A DNA stretch of 64,000 nt, from contig JAHLTZ010000010.1 of the NCBI GenBank assembly GCA_025786725.1, positions 699,999 through 763,998 on the forward strand, in the 5' to 3' direction. Positions 38,997-53,053 of this stretch are shown here, in pieces (position 1 is the stretch's first letter; each line of letters starts with the position of its first letter). A program made the translations under genes and the position numbers. The notes beneath the pieces were generated by a model. The model saw nothing but the letters and a program-made list of their open reading frames with translations. It was not told the DNA's origin and made no database searches. This stretch comes from Syncephalis fuscata S228. Taxonomy: Eukaryota > Fungi > Zoopagomycota.

Positions 38997-41097
38997 TTAT
39001 CCATACTGAAGTTGAGCATGGCGGATACGGTCGTGCGTACGGAATTGTTGTTCCACGCTGGGTCGCACATCTTCTTGTCCAACTAGTGTTTCGAGGAACT
39101 GTAGCACATTTAATAGTTCTTTATCGGCTGGATCTTCATACCAACTCTCGATAGGAATACCGTTAGATAGTTGATATGCAAATGCTAAATAGTATTATTA
39201 GTTATCGGGTATAATATACAAAGACAGATAGCAACATACCTTGGGTGCATTATCAACAATGACTACTTTAGATAGATCACGTCCAAGGATTGATAAATCC
39301 TTTAGATAATTGCCGCAAACATGGACACATGAATCTCTAAATAGACGATATCTATAGATTGGATATATGTGTTAATATGTTATCTTTAATAGCTAGTCAT
39401 ATAATAGCTTACTTTATAAGTTTACGAGCTGGATCTATAATATCAAGTAAACGGTTGGCATATGATTTCTGGCTAGCTGTGAAAATGACCACTTCAAACA
39501 TTAAAGCTACTCGTTCAAGAATTCTCTATAGTGTGGACGACAACGGCCATGCACTTCATAGAGCATACCGTTGAATTCAACGGGGAACTTTAGATCAGCC
39601 TCGCCTATTAAATAGTATCAAGTGTTAATTAAATATAGCACAGCGTTTAGTGCTAATTACTTACCAATAGGCGATGTACTGCAATGAACTAGCGTTTCAT
39701 CCAGATCAAGTACTGTATATATGTATATTTATTAGACAATTGAATTAATAGACTAGTTAACTTACCAAGTGTAATAGGTGGACTAGAACGTGTTTTACGA
39801 GGTAATGCGTATGGACGTGTTAGATACTCTTTTGGGACAGGTGGAACAGTAGCCATAAATAAGTATGGATCAAAGTCATCCAGTTCTAGATCTTGAGTAT
39901 ATTCTTCTTCCTCTTCCTCCTCTTCTTCAATTTGTCCTTGTGCTGTTAGCATCATTGTTCCAACTTCATTCGTCATATTAAGCGTCTGATTCATATGGCT
40001 GCTAACCATTGCCTCAGTTGTTACACTTAGTGGTGATACATAATTGGTGGCAAAGGTATAATTGCTAATAGTTGCAGTGGTAGTAGTAGTGGTAGTAGTA
40101 GACGATAACTCGTTAGTAAAAGTCGTAGATGATGCCATAACAACATCTTCCATTGCTTCTGTATCTATGCTCTGGTTATCTTCTAATTGCATTTGATCTG
40201 ATGGACTTGATACGTAATCAGAAAGTGAGCCTTGTTATTGTTATTAAATGTTATTAGTTATCTTGTTTATACCTCATTATTGTTACTTACCATATGGCAT
40301 TTTCTTTAATAATTTAAATGCGGGTGAGAAAATAGCCTGGAATATGGACTGGCGTCGTGCATCGCCATTCTCGCCCATAGCCTCTTCGTTATAGAATGTA
40401 CCGGTAATTGATTCAGCCGACAGTATCTCTTCCATAGCTTCATCGTTCATGTGTGTCTCATGTTGATTGCCAGCATCGTTAATTACTGTTTCTACATTGT
40501 TTTCATCAAGTGCAAATGCGCCATTTGATGTGCGTACCGTATCAGTAAATGATACGAGTTGTGCGGCATCATTTTCATCATTGGATTCCAATGGTAGCAG
40601 ATCTTGATCGTGATCTGTGTGCATATTAATTATGATTAGATAATTGTACACTTTGGTAACACAGCATTATTATCTACAGCCTATTAAATGATTGACCGTC
40701 ACAGATAATCACTGCCCAATCCAATTTATTCCATTTTTATTTTAAATCCACACAATTACTTACCTTGTTGTTCAGATTCTGTTTCAGCCCGTTTTAACGA
40801 ACGTTTATCTAAATCCTTACGGCGTGATACCGGACGAGGCGATGATGTAATAAAAGTGGCTTCTGAAACAATATTGGTATTTTCATTCTTTTGTTCAATA
40901 ATAGCAGCCGATAATGATTGCTTATTTTGTTGTGCTGCTGCTGTTACAGCACCAGTTGCAGTGGCGTCCGTAGCTTTTGTTGTTTCTTTCCGTGCTGCTT
41001 TACGTGGTCTTGCCTCTACATCCTTTGCAGTATTGCCTTTGCTAGTCTTGGCGGTGGCAGTACGACTTCTGACTGGTCGGCCAGTTCGAGGTGACAT
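38997..41097 (-). CDS. CTD small phosphatase-like 2 (CTDSPL2/SCP4, FCP1 family)
   Basis: 'FDPYLF', '[13 protein letters not shown]|[12 protein letters not shown]' (DxDxT), '[14 protein letters not shown]', '[22 protein letters not shown]', 'NGIPIESW'. Confidence 0.9.
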
Positions 41098-41924
41098 AGC
41101 AGCCAAGTAATAGTTGGCTATATGCCTACAAACTACAAATGACTCGTGTACGTGTATACCTGGTAAAGTATTTGTCAAACAAGCAACAACGTTAATAATC
41201 CTGTTGCCGTGTACTGTCTAGTCTGCCGAGGCGTAGGCACCACCTATTGCCTGCAGCCCTGCAGATAGGCACGCTTGTGAAAGCAGTCCACCAATCTCTT
41301 TGTCCTAATTCAAATTACAACTTGGCTATACCCAAACTTCAAGAAAAAACAACACAAGCGCTGCGTAGCGCCATAGACCGCCCTACCATCTATTTCGCGC
41401 AAGCAAAGGCTAAAAAGAAATCTATGATGACGAAAGAACCGCATACAGCCACAATGCATACACACGTGCCTGTAGAAACACTTTATAGCGTTACAATTTA
41501 AACAATTAACTTACTGAAACTTAAATACGCCCACTGATCGGTCAACGTCCAAATAAGTGAGCGATGAGTACAGAATAGTAAAAAAAAGTGCCAGAGCGTG
41601 TGTACGTGAGGTAAGAGAGTAAAAGTACGAGTGTGCAGGATATAGCAAGCGGAGAAAGCTACAAAGAGCGAAAAAGGAGGAAATGCTGAGTTCAGTCGGG
41701 CGGTTAATACTGTCTTTTGGATTCTCAGGCCATGATTGGCCCATAGCCATTAAAAATCCAAATGCTATATCACGTGACTATTTAAAAATGTGACTGAAAT
41801 CAAGCAAGCTCTGTGTGAGGCAGTATAGGTGGCCATTTTTGATCTACAAATCACTTGCTATAGGAAGTTGTTTTACGCTGAATAGACGACGATCCTTGCT
41901 AATTCCCTTAAATAATACTAAAGA

Positions 41925-44900
41925 ATGTCATTGCCGCTTGGACAATCGTCGATGGAAGCAAATGGCGTGTCATCTGAACAGATTCAAGAGATTGCTGTGC
42001 GATTAGCAAAAGCACTCAATAAAACGCAGCCTAATCAGTCGTTGGCTGAACGTGTGATCGCATTTGCCAATACGTCTGGCAGTAATACGCAACAGTTCAA
42101 GCAATGTAAGTAAATAGATTAAATAGAGTAGATTAACCGTAATAATACTTGTTTGTTATAGTATGCGGTGCATTTGGTAGATTCGATGACCAATTCCTTG
42201 AAAATATCCACACAGATATTAGAAAATGGCAAAAGCCAAGCCAAAGTAAAGAGTCGGCCATGCCAGCCATTGAGATTCAAGCGGTAGCCAATATAGGTAG
42301 TAACCAGTATGACGTGGAACAAAAAGGTGGACTTATTCGACCAGCAGGCAAATTGGCCAACAAAGCAGCGAATGAAGTAAGTTTATATTTATTAATTAGT
42401 AATTATAGAAAATATAAAATAAGCAATTAACTAATCAATTAATATAATTAATTAATATAATTAATTTAATAATAATAGCAACATGTATTTCAAAAACCAA
42501 CACCACAAAAGTCACTTTTAGGATTAGATCGATTAGCTGAAGCAAAACGACTTGAATTGGGCATAACAACGCCATCCGCATCAACAACACCCACTCTATC
42601 CGCTTCTACATCATATGCACCTACCGAAACAAAGCCAGACAAAGTTGAATTTAAACGGCCCAATCCTATTTCATCACGACTAAGTTTCCAAAATGAAGGT
42701 AAATAAATATATTCATAATACGGCTGTTTCTAATACCATCTATCTTTATTATAAATAGACGAAGGATCATTGAAAAGAGCTAAAATAAGAAGTCGCCGTA
42801 TTGAAACGCCTTCCTATACTGGTGGTGTAAGTGATGAATATCGATCAAGAGTAGAGGAACGACGTGAACGGGATAAAAATCGAGGTAATATACTATAAAT
42901 ACAAATAAAAACATAATACAGTACTAATATTAATACAACTACTTATTATTAGGACACCGTCTACAAGAAAAGACTCGATCCCGTGATTATCGATCAGATG
43001 ATCGTTCTCGTTCTAATAAATACAGAGATGGCCGTAGAGATGATCATAGAGATGGCCACAGGGATAATAATGAAGATCATCCACCACCACGTGAAAATAG
43101 AGAAATCCAACGCTATTCACGTAGTGACTGGGAAAAGACACCCATGCGATCTGATTATACACCGAGTGTACGTGGTGGATTAACTACACGTAGTGGCAAG
43201 TATAACATATCTATTAATATTAATGTATTAATTATATGATTAGAATATGATCGATTAAAATCATCTATACGCCGTTCTGAATGGGAATTGGCCACTCCAC
43301 TTATTACTTCTAGTTACAATGATGATCCATCAAGTACAACTGTACCGGATACAGCAGAGAATGAGATAGATCGACAAGAATGGGAAGATGAACAGACACG
43401 CTTAGATAGAGATTGGTACAACAGTGAAGAGTTTGGCGTAAGTATTAACAATAATATAGTATAGTATAGTATAGTATATTAATACTAAAATATGTCATAA
43501 TAGGTGAATGAAGATACACCATTTGGTGATCATGATGCTTATTATCGAAAAAAAGAGGAAGAATTAACACAACGACAGGTTAAACGAATGTCTGCGCGAC
43601 AGGCTCAATATAATCAAGATAATGAATTATGGGAAACAAATCGAATGTTAACAAGTGGCATTATGCATCGCACACAAGTTGATACTGATTTTGATAATGA
43701 CGATGATGTAATTACCTATTAATAGTATATATACACATATACATATACATATATATATATCTCTAATTACTAATACCATTTATTTAATAGGTTCGAGTCC
43801 ATTTATTAATCCACGATTTAAAACCACCCTTTCTTAGTGGACATTTGGTATTTACTAAACAGTTGGAAATGGTTCAACCAGTACGCGATCTTAGTTCAGA
43901 TATGGCCAGATTTTCACGTCAAGGTAGTCGTTTGGTTAAAGAAAAGCGGGAGCAACGTGAACGAATGAAGGTAACTACTAATTATACTAAATATTAACAA
44001 TCATTTATTTATATTCCAATCTATATGATAGAATGCAGAAAAGTTCAAATTAGCCGGTACTGCTCTAGGCAATGTTATGGGCATCACACAGAAGGCAGAA
44101 GGGGTCGGTGATGAAGATGAAGATAGTGATGAGGATGGCAATATGGATGACAATAACAACAATAGTGGTAAGTATTGGCAATATTAATTACTAATCAGGT
44201 GTATTAATTACTAATTAATTGAACTAGAAAAAGATAACAAAAAGGAAAAAGAAGGTTTTAAAGAAACAAAATTTGCTCAACATATGGACAAATCATCGGA
44301 AGCAGTCAGTCAGTTTGCATTAACCAAATCTATACGGGAACAAAGAGAATTTCTACCGGCATTTGCTGTCCGTGAAGAATTACTACAAATTATACGTGAC
44401 CATCAAGTCATTGTGGTGGTGGGTGAGACCGGATCGGGCAAGACGACTCAATTGGTACAATATCTCTATGAGGCTGGATATGGCAGAAATGGTCTTATTG
44501 GATGTACACAGCCCCGTCGAGTGGCGGCCATGTCAGTGGCTAAACGAGTGAGTGAAGAGATGGACTGTAAACTCGGTGGCCTTGTTGGTTACTCTATTCG
44601 ATTTGAAGATTGTACATCGCCAGATACACGTATCAAGTATATGACTGATGGTGTGCTGTTGAGAGAGTCACTTAAAGAAGCCGATTTAGATAAATACAGC
44701 TGTATTATCATGGATGAAGCACACGAACGGTCAACGCAAACCGATGTTCTTATGGGTCTATTAAGACGCGGTAAGTAATATAGTACATAGATAATATTAA
44801 TTAATATTAACGATATATATATATATATATGCGTGTGTATTTAGTTATTACTCGTCGACGAGATTTGAAGCTTATTGTTACATCAGCTACTATGAATGCC

Positions 44901-47057
44901 GATAAAGTAAGTAATTAACTAGTATATATACATATATTAATACTAATATACTGTATTTAATAGTTTTCAACATTCTTTGGTCACTGTCCTTCATTTACTA
45001 TTCCAGGTCGAACATTTCCAGTGGATATTTCATTTAGTAAAACACCTTGTGAAGATTATGTTGAAAGTGCAGTTAAACAAGCATTAAGTATACATTTATC
45101 ACATGGACCTGGTGATATATTGATATTTATGACTGGTCAAGAAGATATTGAAACAACATGTGAAGTAGTGAATGGTAAGTACTAGATATACCAACAACAT
45201 TGTTATCTAATACATATATATATAATAGAACGACTTGAACAGTTGGATGATGCACCTCCCCTATCTGTTCTACCTATTTACTCTCAAATGCCGGCAGATT
45301 TACAGGCAAAGATCTTTCAACGGGCTGAAGGAGGTCAACGTAAATGTATTGTGGCCACTAATATTGCCGAGACATCATTGACGCTTGATGGTGTGATGTA
45401 TGTTATTGATTCGGGCTACTATAAATTGACCGTGTATAATCCACGTATTGGTATGGATTCACTGCAAATTACACCCATTAGTCAAGCCAATGCCAATCAA
45501 CGATCTGGTCGAGCAGGTCGTACAGGTCCAGGGTAAGTTATAGATATCTACACACACACATACACACACATATATATATATAATACTAATGGTATTTATT
45601 GATAGCATGTGTTATCGATTGTATACAGAACAGGCTTATGACTGTGAAATGTTTCCCAATACCATACCTGAAATACAAAGAACCAATCTATCGGTCATTG
45701 TTCTACAGCTAAAATCATTAGGTGTCAAGAATCTACTAGATTTTGACTTTATGGATCCACCACCTCAAGAGACTATCCTCAATTCAATGTATCAATTATG
45801 GATATTAGGTGCATTGGATGAGACAGGTGAATTAACGGCACTTGGTAGAAGAATGGTTGAATTTCCATTAGATCCACAACTAGCCAAGATGCTTATTACA
45901 TCAGAAGAACTTGGATGTACTCAAGAGATTCTAGTAAGTTGTTATTATTGTAATTACTAATAGTAATATATATATATATATATATTGATATATTGATATA
46001 TTGATATAGGTTATTGTATCGATGTTATCGGTACCAACGGTGTTTTATCGACCAAAAGAGCGACTTGAAGAAAGTGATGCCGCTAGAGAAAAGTTTATGG
46101 TACCAGAAAGTGACCATTTAACACTGTTGAATGTATATAATCAATGGAAGGCACACAAGTAAGCCATCTGTTAATATGTTTAATAGATTATATATTTATT
46201 ATAAATGATAATAGTTATAGTGATCGATGGTGTACACAGCATTATATACATAGCAAGGCAATGCGTAAAGCACAAGAAGTGCGTTCACAATTAATGGATA
46301 TTATGAAGATAGTCAAAATGCCCTATGTATCCTGTGGTAATAGTCTAGATGTTGTACGGTAAGTAATAACATTATAATTATAATAACAATAACTAATATA
46401 TATATATATGAATAGTAAATGTATTTGTTCAGCCTATTTCCATCAAGCAGCACGTGTTAAAGGTATGGGTGATTACCTTAATTTACGTACAGGTATGAAG
46501 TGTCATTTACATCCAACAAGTGCATTGTATGGCATGGGCAGTATCCTTTATAATAGATAATGAATGAATAGGCGTATAATGACTATAATGACTATAATAA
46601 TCCTTAACTGAATGATTTAACAGCTATTCCAGACTATATAGTCTACCATGAATTGGTACTTACATCAAAGGAGTATATGCAATGTGTTACGGCAGTTGAT
46701 CCATATTGGTTGGCCGAACTTGGTATGTAACAACGCCTATTGCTAGTATAATGAATACTAACGCGTGGTGTAATAGGTCCTATGTTTTACAGTGTTAAAG
46801 AAGCAGGATGGACGCATAAAGAACGACGACAACACGATAAGAAAGTGTACAAGTCGATGGAAGAAGAGTTACGACGAGCTACGGAAAGACAGACGCGAGA
46901 ACGAGAAAGTGGATCAGTTGCCCCTACACCAAGGTAAGCAATAGAGATCGATGTTGTTATTACAAGTAAATTAACTGGTGTAAATAGAATGCGTATTTCA
47001 ACACCAGGAGTGCGTATGCAGACACCACGTCGTCCACGTACTGGATTTGGATTGTAA
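41925..47057 (+). CDS. PRP16: DEAH-box splicing helicase Prp16 (DHX38), ~19 exons
   Basis: 'SLLGLDRLA', 'LDRDWY', '[13 protein letters not shown]', '[10 protein letters not shown]', 'DEAH', 'SAT', '[12 protein letters not shown]', HA2/OB regions, C-terminal '[11 protein letters not shown]'. Confidence 0.95.
46541..46623 (+). other. U12-type (minor spliceosome) GT-AG intron in PRP16
   Basis: 5' splice site GTATCCTTT; branch point TCCTTAAC at 46601-46608; 3' CAG at 46621-46623. Splicing restores '[16 protein letters not shown]'. Confidence 0.88.
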
Positions 47058-47273
47058 ATAGCGATAATTCATACAAATAAATAAATAAGCCATGGTGATT
47101 GTAATAGATTTATAATAAAATGTGTAATTGTAGTAATCTATTTTTTGTTTATTTAACTCTAAAACTCAAACTATATTAAATAAAATAAACACTTTTGTGC
47201 TCACCCATTGTTCATTGCCTTTACTTTTGTAATCTTGAACTGGTTAACTAATCCATAGTTATTGTTGTTTATT

Positions 47274-50200
47274 ATGGATTCGGCCTCGAGGCAATTGATT
47301 GAGCATATGCTTGCCGAGGACGAACTTCATTATGGCTTTACCGACGATAAAGCGACAGAAGAAGAAGAGCTCGATATTAGTAACCATAACGACGATAACG
47401 ACAAATACCGACCTGAGAAATCTGGTCCACTGACTACTACAAAAAAAGCAAAGGTGGTTAAATCAAAAACGACAACAATGAAAGGAGATTCAACAACAGA
47501 CCAGACCACGCACGGTTCGCGGTGGACTGACAGGAAGATGCGCGATTACTTGAAGGCGTTGTAAGCAATATATACTTTTGTGTATTGAATAGAAACTAAA
47601 TTAATAGAATACGATATAGCAAAAATACGGCCATGGTAGATGGAAGGAAATATCGCAACTTATGGGCACACGTAGTTCATTGCAGGTAAAGAATCGCGCT
47701 AGACATCTATTTGTTCATCGTGGTATTGAAGTAAGTGTTTACTATTGATCAATAACAGTTATTAATAGTGAACATAGTTGCCTAGACCAGTTCAATCTAC
47801 TTGTGATGCAACAGTCAAAGATACAGTTAAACAGACGGAGATTTCAGTAGGTGATTGTGTTGGGTCATTATAGTTAATTTAACCTATCATAGATGGTTGA
47901 CTATAAGAAAACATCTAATGTTACAACTTCCACAGTACACTTAATGGAAGGCAATACTTCAGATATTGATATTGATGAAAATGATTTGAGTAAGTATTTG
48001 ATTACTATAATATTGGTTATTAATATTGGATTAAGCAAAATCGGCAATAGAAACAACGGTTGAAGAAACGTCTTTATTAAGTATTACTACGATAAAGGAT
48101 AATGAGTCTCAATCTACTACTTCTTCTACTGCTACTACTACGACAACTACGACACTGATAATAATGACCATGACAATACTAAAGATGCAACAAATATGGA
48201 TGTTACTATGGATCAAGAAACAGAGTCATCTATTACGAGTACTATTATTGAAAATAATAATGCAGTTGTAGACTCTACCGATACAGTGGTTAGTAAATCA
48301 CTGAATTACCATTAATTACTAATACAAGTATTAGATTATTGATAGGAGTAGTATTAGTGAAGAAGAAGTGAAAGGCAATCCCGAATTCTTTTGTGGTAAA
48401 CCAGCCTGTACACCAGATCGATATATGAAGATTCGTAATCACATACTTAATTGTTGGCACAAGACACGGCCTAGTTATTTAACTAAAACAGGGGCCAGAA
48501 AAGATATGCGGGTCAGTTAATAGATGGCATTGTTTTTAAATACTTATATTTATATAGGATTGTGGCGATGTTAATGTGATAGGGCGTGTACATGGCTATC
48601 TGGAGAAAATAGGAGCTATTAATATCAATTGTGACTTTACAGCGCGACGTCGAGCAACGCCACGACCACGTACAACGTATTTAATGAATGAAGATGGTGA
48701 CTATCAAACAGGTGCCCGTCCCACTTCATTTAACGTATTTGATGAGATTATTGAAGGGTAAATATATTGGTGGCATTGGTAGTAGTAGTAGTAGTAGTAG
48801 TATTGGTATGAATACTATAACTAACTAATGACTTGATAGATCACGTCGTCGACGAGTGAGAGATGAACAAGGAGAATGGTAAGTTATTACTAAAATGGTA
48901 TCAACAATGATCTAAAACTGTGTAGGCAATATGAACGTGATTTGGAAGGTCGAGTTATTGAACACAATTCACTTAGTGAAGAGGCATTACGCGTCATGTC
49001 AGGTAATTAAAAGTGTATAATATAAAATGATTGATTGATTGATTATTAATAGGGACAAGAAAGAGAACCAGAACAACCAATAAAATACGAGACTTTTACG
49101 ATCAAGGTAAATATTAACAATTAATTAAGATTATCTATTTATATTTTATATATATTGTTTTATTGGTAATAGACCCATTTATGCTTGTGCCATTACAAGC
49201 ATTTGATGAAGAGACTGCAGCGCCATTTTCAATTCATGTTGTGCCAAGTGCCATGGTAAGTAAACTATAAATTTACGTATTAATCATTTATATATTAATC
49301 ATTGGTTATAATGTAGACAATTATGGATTTACACGCCCATTTACTACGCACTGAGGTCATTGGACTATTGGGTGGTAGTTTTGATGCTGAATCTAATGAA
49401 ATTCGTGTATTGACGGCCTTCCCATGTCGTGGTGCCAGTACCGACTTTCAAGTAAGTGTTTAATAGTGTATTATTAGAAAAGATATCGGTTTATACTCAT
49501 TTGATGTTATATAGTGTGAAATGGATCCAGAGTCAGAGATTATGGCTCGAATAGAGTTTGCCGAACGTGGACTTACCGTGGTTGGTTGGTATCATTCTCA
49601 TCCAACGTTTGAGCCAACACCATCAATCCGTGATATTGAAAATCAAGTAAACTACCAGGTAATTGACTATAGTAATGGCAATTATAATGCCAACTAATGA
49701 CTATGGATCTAGACGCTATTTAGACACGATAGTGGTCAAGAGCCATTTGTTGGTGTTATTGTTAATCCTTATGACCGTGATCGTATGGCCAATCAATCGA
49801 AAATGCGATTCTTTATGGCTGGACCTGAATATGCCGATGGTGCTCAGTACCGTAAGTACTTTGTTATTAGTTGCTATAAATCATTTAACTTATGCATTAA
49901 AAGGTGTGCCATATCGACTGGTGGAGACAGAAGAGTCGGAAGCATTAGATACGCAACAGATACGGCAATTGACAGCACAAGTCGACAAGCTAATGGATGA
50001 TTTTGGCGAACATACCCAGTAAGATAGATATTAATATTATAATGATGGCTAGTGTTACTAATAATTTTATTAATAGACGAATGATTTTTGAAGATGCTTA
50101 TCGATCAGATGGTACATTAACTATACGTGATAAATTGGTTGAGTCGGTGGGCAGTTGGCTTGATGAAGGATCGCCAATACAAGAACAAGTACTTGCGCAT

Positions 50201-50302
50201 ATTAATGCCAAATTAGATGCATCGCCTTATTTAACACCGTATCTACATCAAATTGACAATGATCGACAAGAACAACAGCCAGCAATGTATCCGCTTCGAT
50301 AG
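47274..50302 (+). CDS. MYSM1-like deubiquitinase: SANT/Myb + SWIRM + JAMM/MPN+
   Basis: Myb 'RWT.QED..LLEGV|[25 protein letters not shown]'. SWIRM '[45 protein letters not shown]'. MPN '[42 protein letters not shown]'. Confidence 0.85.
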
Positions 50303-50545
50303 AGCCGTCAAATGATTCATTACCAACATCTACACCGATGATTGATAACACTAATGAACAGAATGATGCTAGTATGGATGCAGTCAGTTAATTTTATTAC
50401 ATGTATATTAAATGATTTTAATAAAATTTTCTTTATTGCAACTATGTTATTGTTGTTGCTATAATTGTTATAGGGAGTACGATAGCAATAGTCATAGTTG
50501 TAATCGCATTGCCAAAAAGTAACATTGAATAGAAAGAAAAGAAGT

Positions 50546-52150
50546 TTAAGAAATGAACGTGTCCATACCGCCTTGGTCCACCTGTTCCTTGGCAAACATC
50601 TCAAAGTATTGGTAAATGATGGTAACAGCAAGTAAAATACCGGTACCAGAGCCAATAGCACCCATTAAATCGGCAACTACCGATAGAATACCAATAATAA
50701 CACCACCCAAGGCGGCAGCCGTTGGAATAATGCGTTTTAATTCCTTGTACATTGACGAGTCGCGGTAGCCGGCAATGACAATTTGCTGTTCCTTTAACTG
50801 GCGAGCAACATCGCGTGGTGATGAGCCAGATACCTCAATCCAAGTCTTGGATAGCAAAGCGCATGCGCCAAGCATAAAGGCGACGTAGATGGCAAAATGG
50901 ATCGGATCGCGAATAGTATCGGCAAAGTTATGCGGTGGCGTCAAGTAGTAGGCAATGCCGCTAGTTGCTACAAATTGCGATGTACCTTCGTATGGCTCCC
51001 ATACACCTAGTAGGCGAACAAGTAGATTCTCGGGGAAACGAGTGTAGAGTAGCTGAGAAATCATATATACGTTGGATACTAGCGCGGATTGAAGCATAAT
51101 CGGCATGTTTGAAGTGTAGAATAGCTTAATTGGATAAGTAGCACGGTGACCGCGGAATCGGTTGGACTTGATAGGAATTTCAATACGGAAGCCTTGCAAG
51201 TAAATGACTACGGCAAACACGGCAATAGTAGCAACCAAATTGGTAACATTTGGTAGACTGGATCGATAGAATGCCTCCTTTAGTGCACGTGCCTTATCAT
51301 TGCGTGTCAACAATAGATGGAAAAGAGCAATAACGGCTCCTTCGAATTCAGGACCACGTCCAGTGTTAATGGTGGTGGGACTGAATGCCTTCCAGATAAT
51401 AGTTTCACAGATGTTGGTGGCAATGAAAAGAGAAATACCAGAGCCAAGACCGTAGCCTTTTTGTAGCAATTCATCAAGCAAAATAACGATAATACCAGCA
51501 ACAAACAATTGAAGGATCAATAGTAGGCAAATACCTGCACCCAACTCCGAAGGTGGGCCATAAAGTCCGGTAAGTACCGATACCATAGCTTGACCAGCCG
51601 TCAATACCAAAGCAAACACTAATCGTAATCGTTAGTATTAATAAATAGCTTTAAATAGCTTCAAATAGCCCTTACATTTTTGTGCACCACCAAACAGAGC
51701 ACGGTCTTCTTTAAGACTGTGGTCGACCTCAATGATATTGGCACCGGCCAATAGCTGCATAATCATGCCTGAAGTAATGATGGGCGTGATACCCAGTTCC
51801 ATCAGTGTACCTCGATTAGAAGCCAGAATGACACGCATCCAGTAAAGCGGATCGGACGAGTCCGAAGACACGATACCATAGAGTGGAATCTGTGACAGGA
51901 CTAAAAAGATGAACAGCGTAATAGCGGTCCAAAGCATTTTTTGCCGGAAAGGAACCTAATACAATGTAAGTACAAGATTGTATACCGTCTAGCGACAAGT
52001 TACCTTGCGATCAGGTGCCTCGATTTCCGGCAATATGGCCATAAAGGGCCGGATCAAGTAGAGAAAACGGACTATAGTATATGCATATGGGATAGATTAG
52101 TAAGTATATGCACAGCTAATGTCATGCCAAACCATAAACTTACACGACAT
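50546..52150 (-). CDS. SEC61: Protein translocon subunit Sec61 alpha
   Basis: '[12 protein letters not shown]', '[17 protein letters not shown]', '[24 protein letters not shown]', '[10 protein letters not shown]', '[21 protein letters not shown]'. Confidence 0.97.
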
Positions 52151-52575
52151 GGTCAATCCGTAACACTTTTAAATACCGCGACGACCGGCGATTTTTTAGA
52201 TAAGATTGACGTGTAGCAATCGCAGCGGCAGTAATAGAAGGCACGTCAATAGTAGTAGAGTCGAAGAATAAGCCGAATGTATGCAAAAGTGTTTAGAAGG
52301 AGAAGGCGAAGGTAAAAGAAGCTGTGTCGAGCTCAAGGGCCATTTCCAAATGGCCAATTAGCGCGCGCCAAAATACACTTCTATTTGACCAATCAGCAGT
52401 AGTTGAGTGGCAAAACAGAATCGAGACGAATTCAAGTTGAGCCAAGCGTGATTTCACGTGTTTGTAACCGGTTGAGCAGCAGTGCCATTACAGTTGATGA
52501 ACCAGCTGCAATAATAAATCCTATACTTTACACTCTACATCTTTTTTACAACATTAATATAATTATTTAGTCACT

Positions 52576-52871
52576 ATGAAGCTTTCTGTATTATTGTTTG
52601 CTACTGCTACCATCCTGCTAATTGTAAATACAGCCTATATTAATGCCTATCCCTTAGATAAACAAGACGAAGGCGAAAGCAATAATCCTGGAACTAATAA
52701 CAGCGCCGGTAAATCGAACAGTCATCCTAATAATGACACTCCAATCCCTGGTAATAAAGCAAATAAAAATACACCAAGGCTTCAATAGACATGGATGATG
52801 CATCTAGTAGAATGAACGGTCAAATCTCTGACCCCCAACCATCTTTCAACACAATGAAGTGGCGTTTTTAA
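52576..52871 (+). CDS. Small secreted Asn/Pro-rich protein (70 aa as assembled; ~95-100 aa if an A is missing near 52777)
   Basis: Signal peptide 'MKLSVLLFATATILLIVNTAYINA-YP' and a polar low-complexity body. The shifted frame continues 'ASIDMDDASSRMNG..MKWRF*'. Confidence 0.55.
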
Positions 52872-53053
52872 TACTAATAAATAACAATACTACTGCTAAT
52901 TAATGATGCTTAATGATTAAACATAATAAATGTATAGACTGTAAATTGTATACAGTTGGTTTGTTATAAATTGTTTTTTTGCAATACCAAGTGCTGGTTT
53001 TATTCAATTCAAACCGATTATTAAGCAAATCTATCATAATGCTATGGCAATGC

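Noticed and set aside
43789-43801. tRNA T-loop-like GGTTCGAGTCC
   Set aside because: It is a PRP16 intron/exon junction (VRVH) with no cloverleaf.
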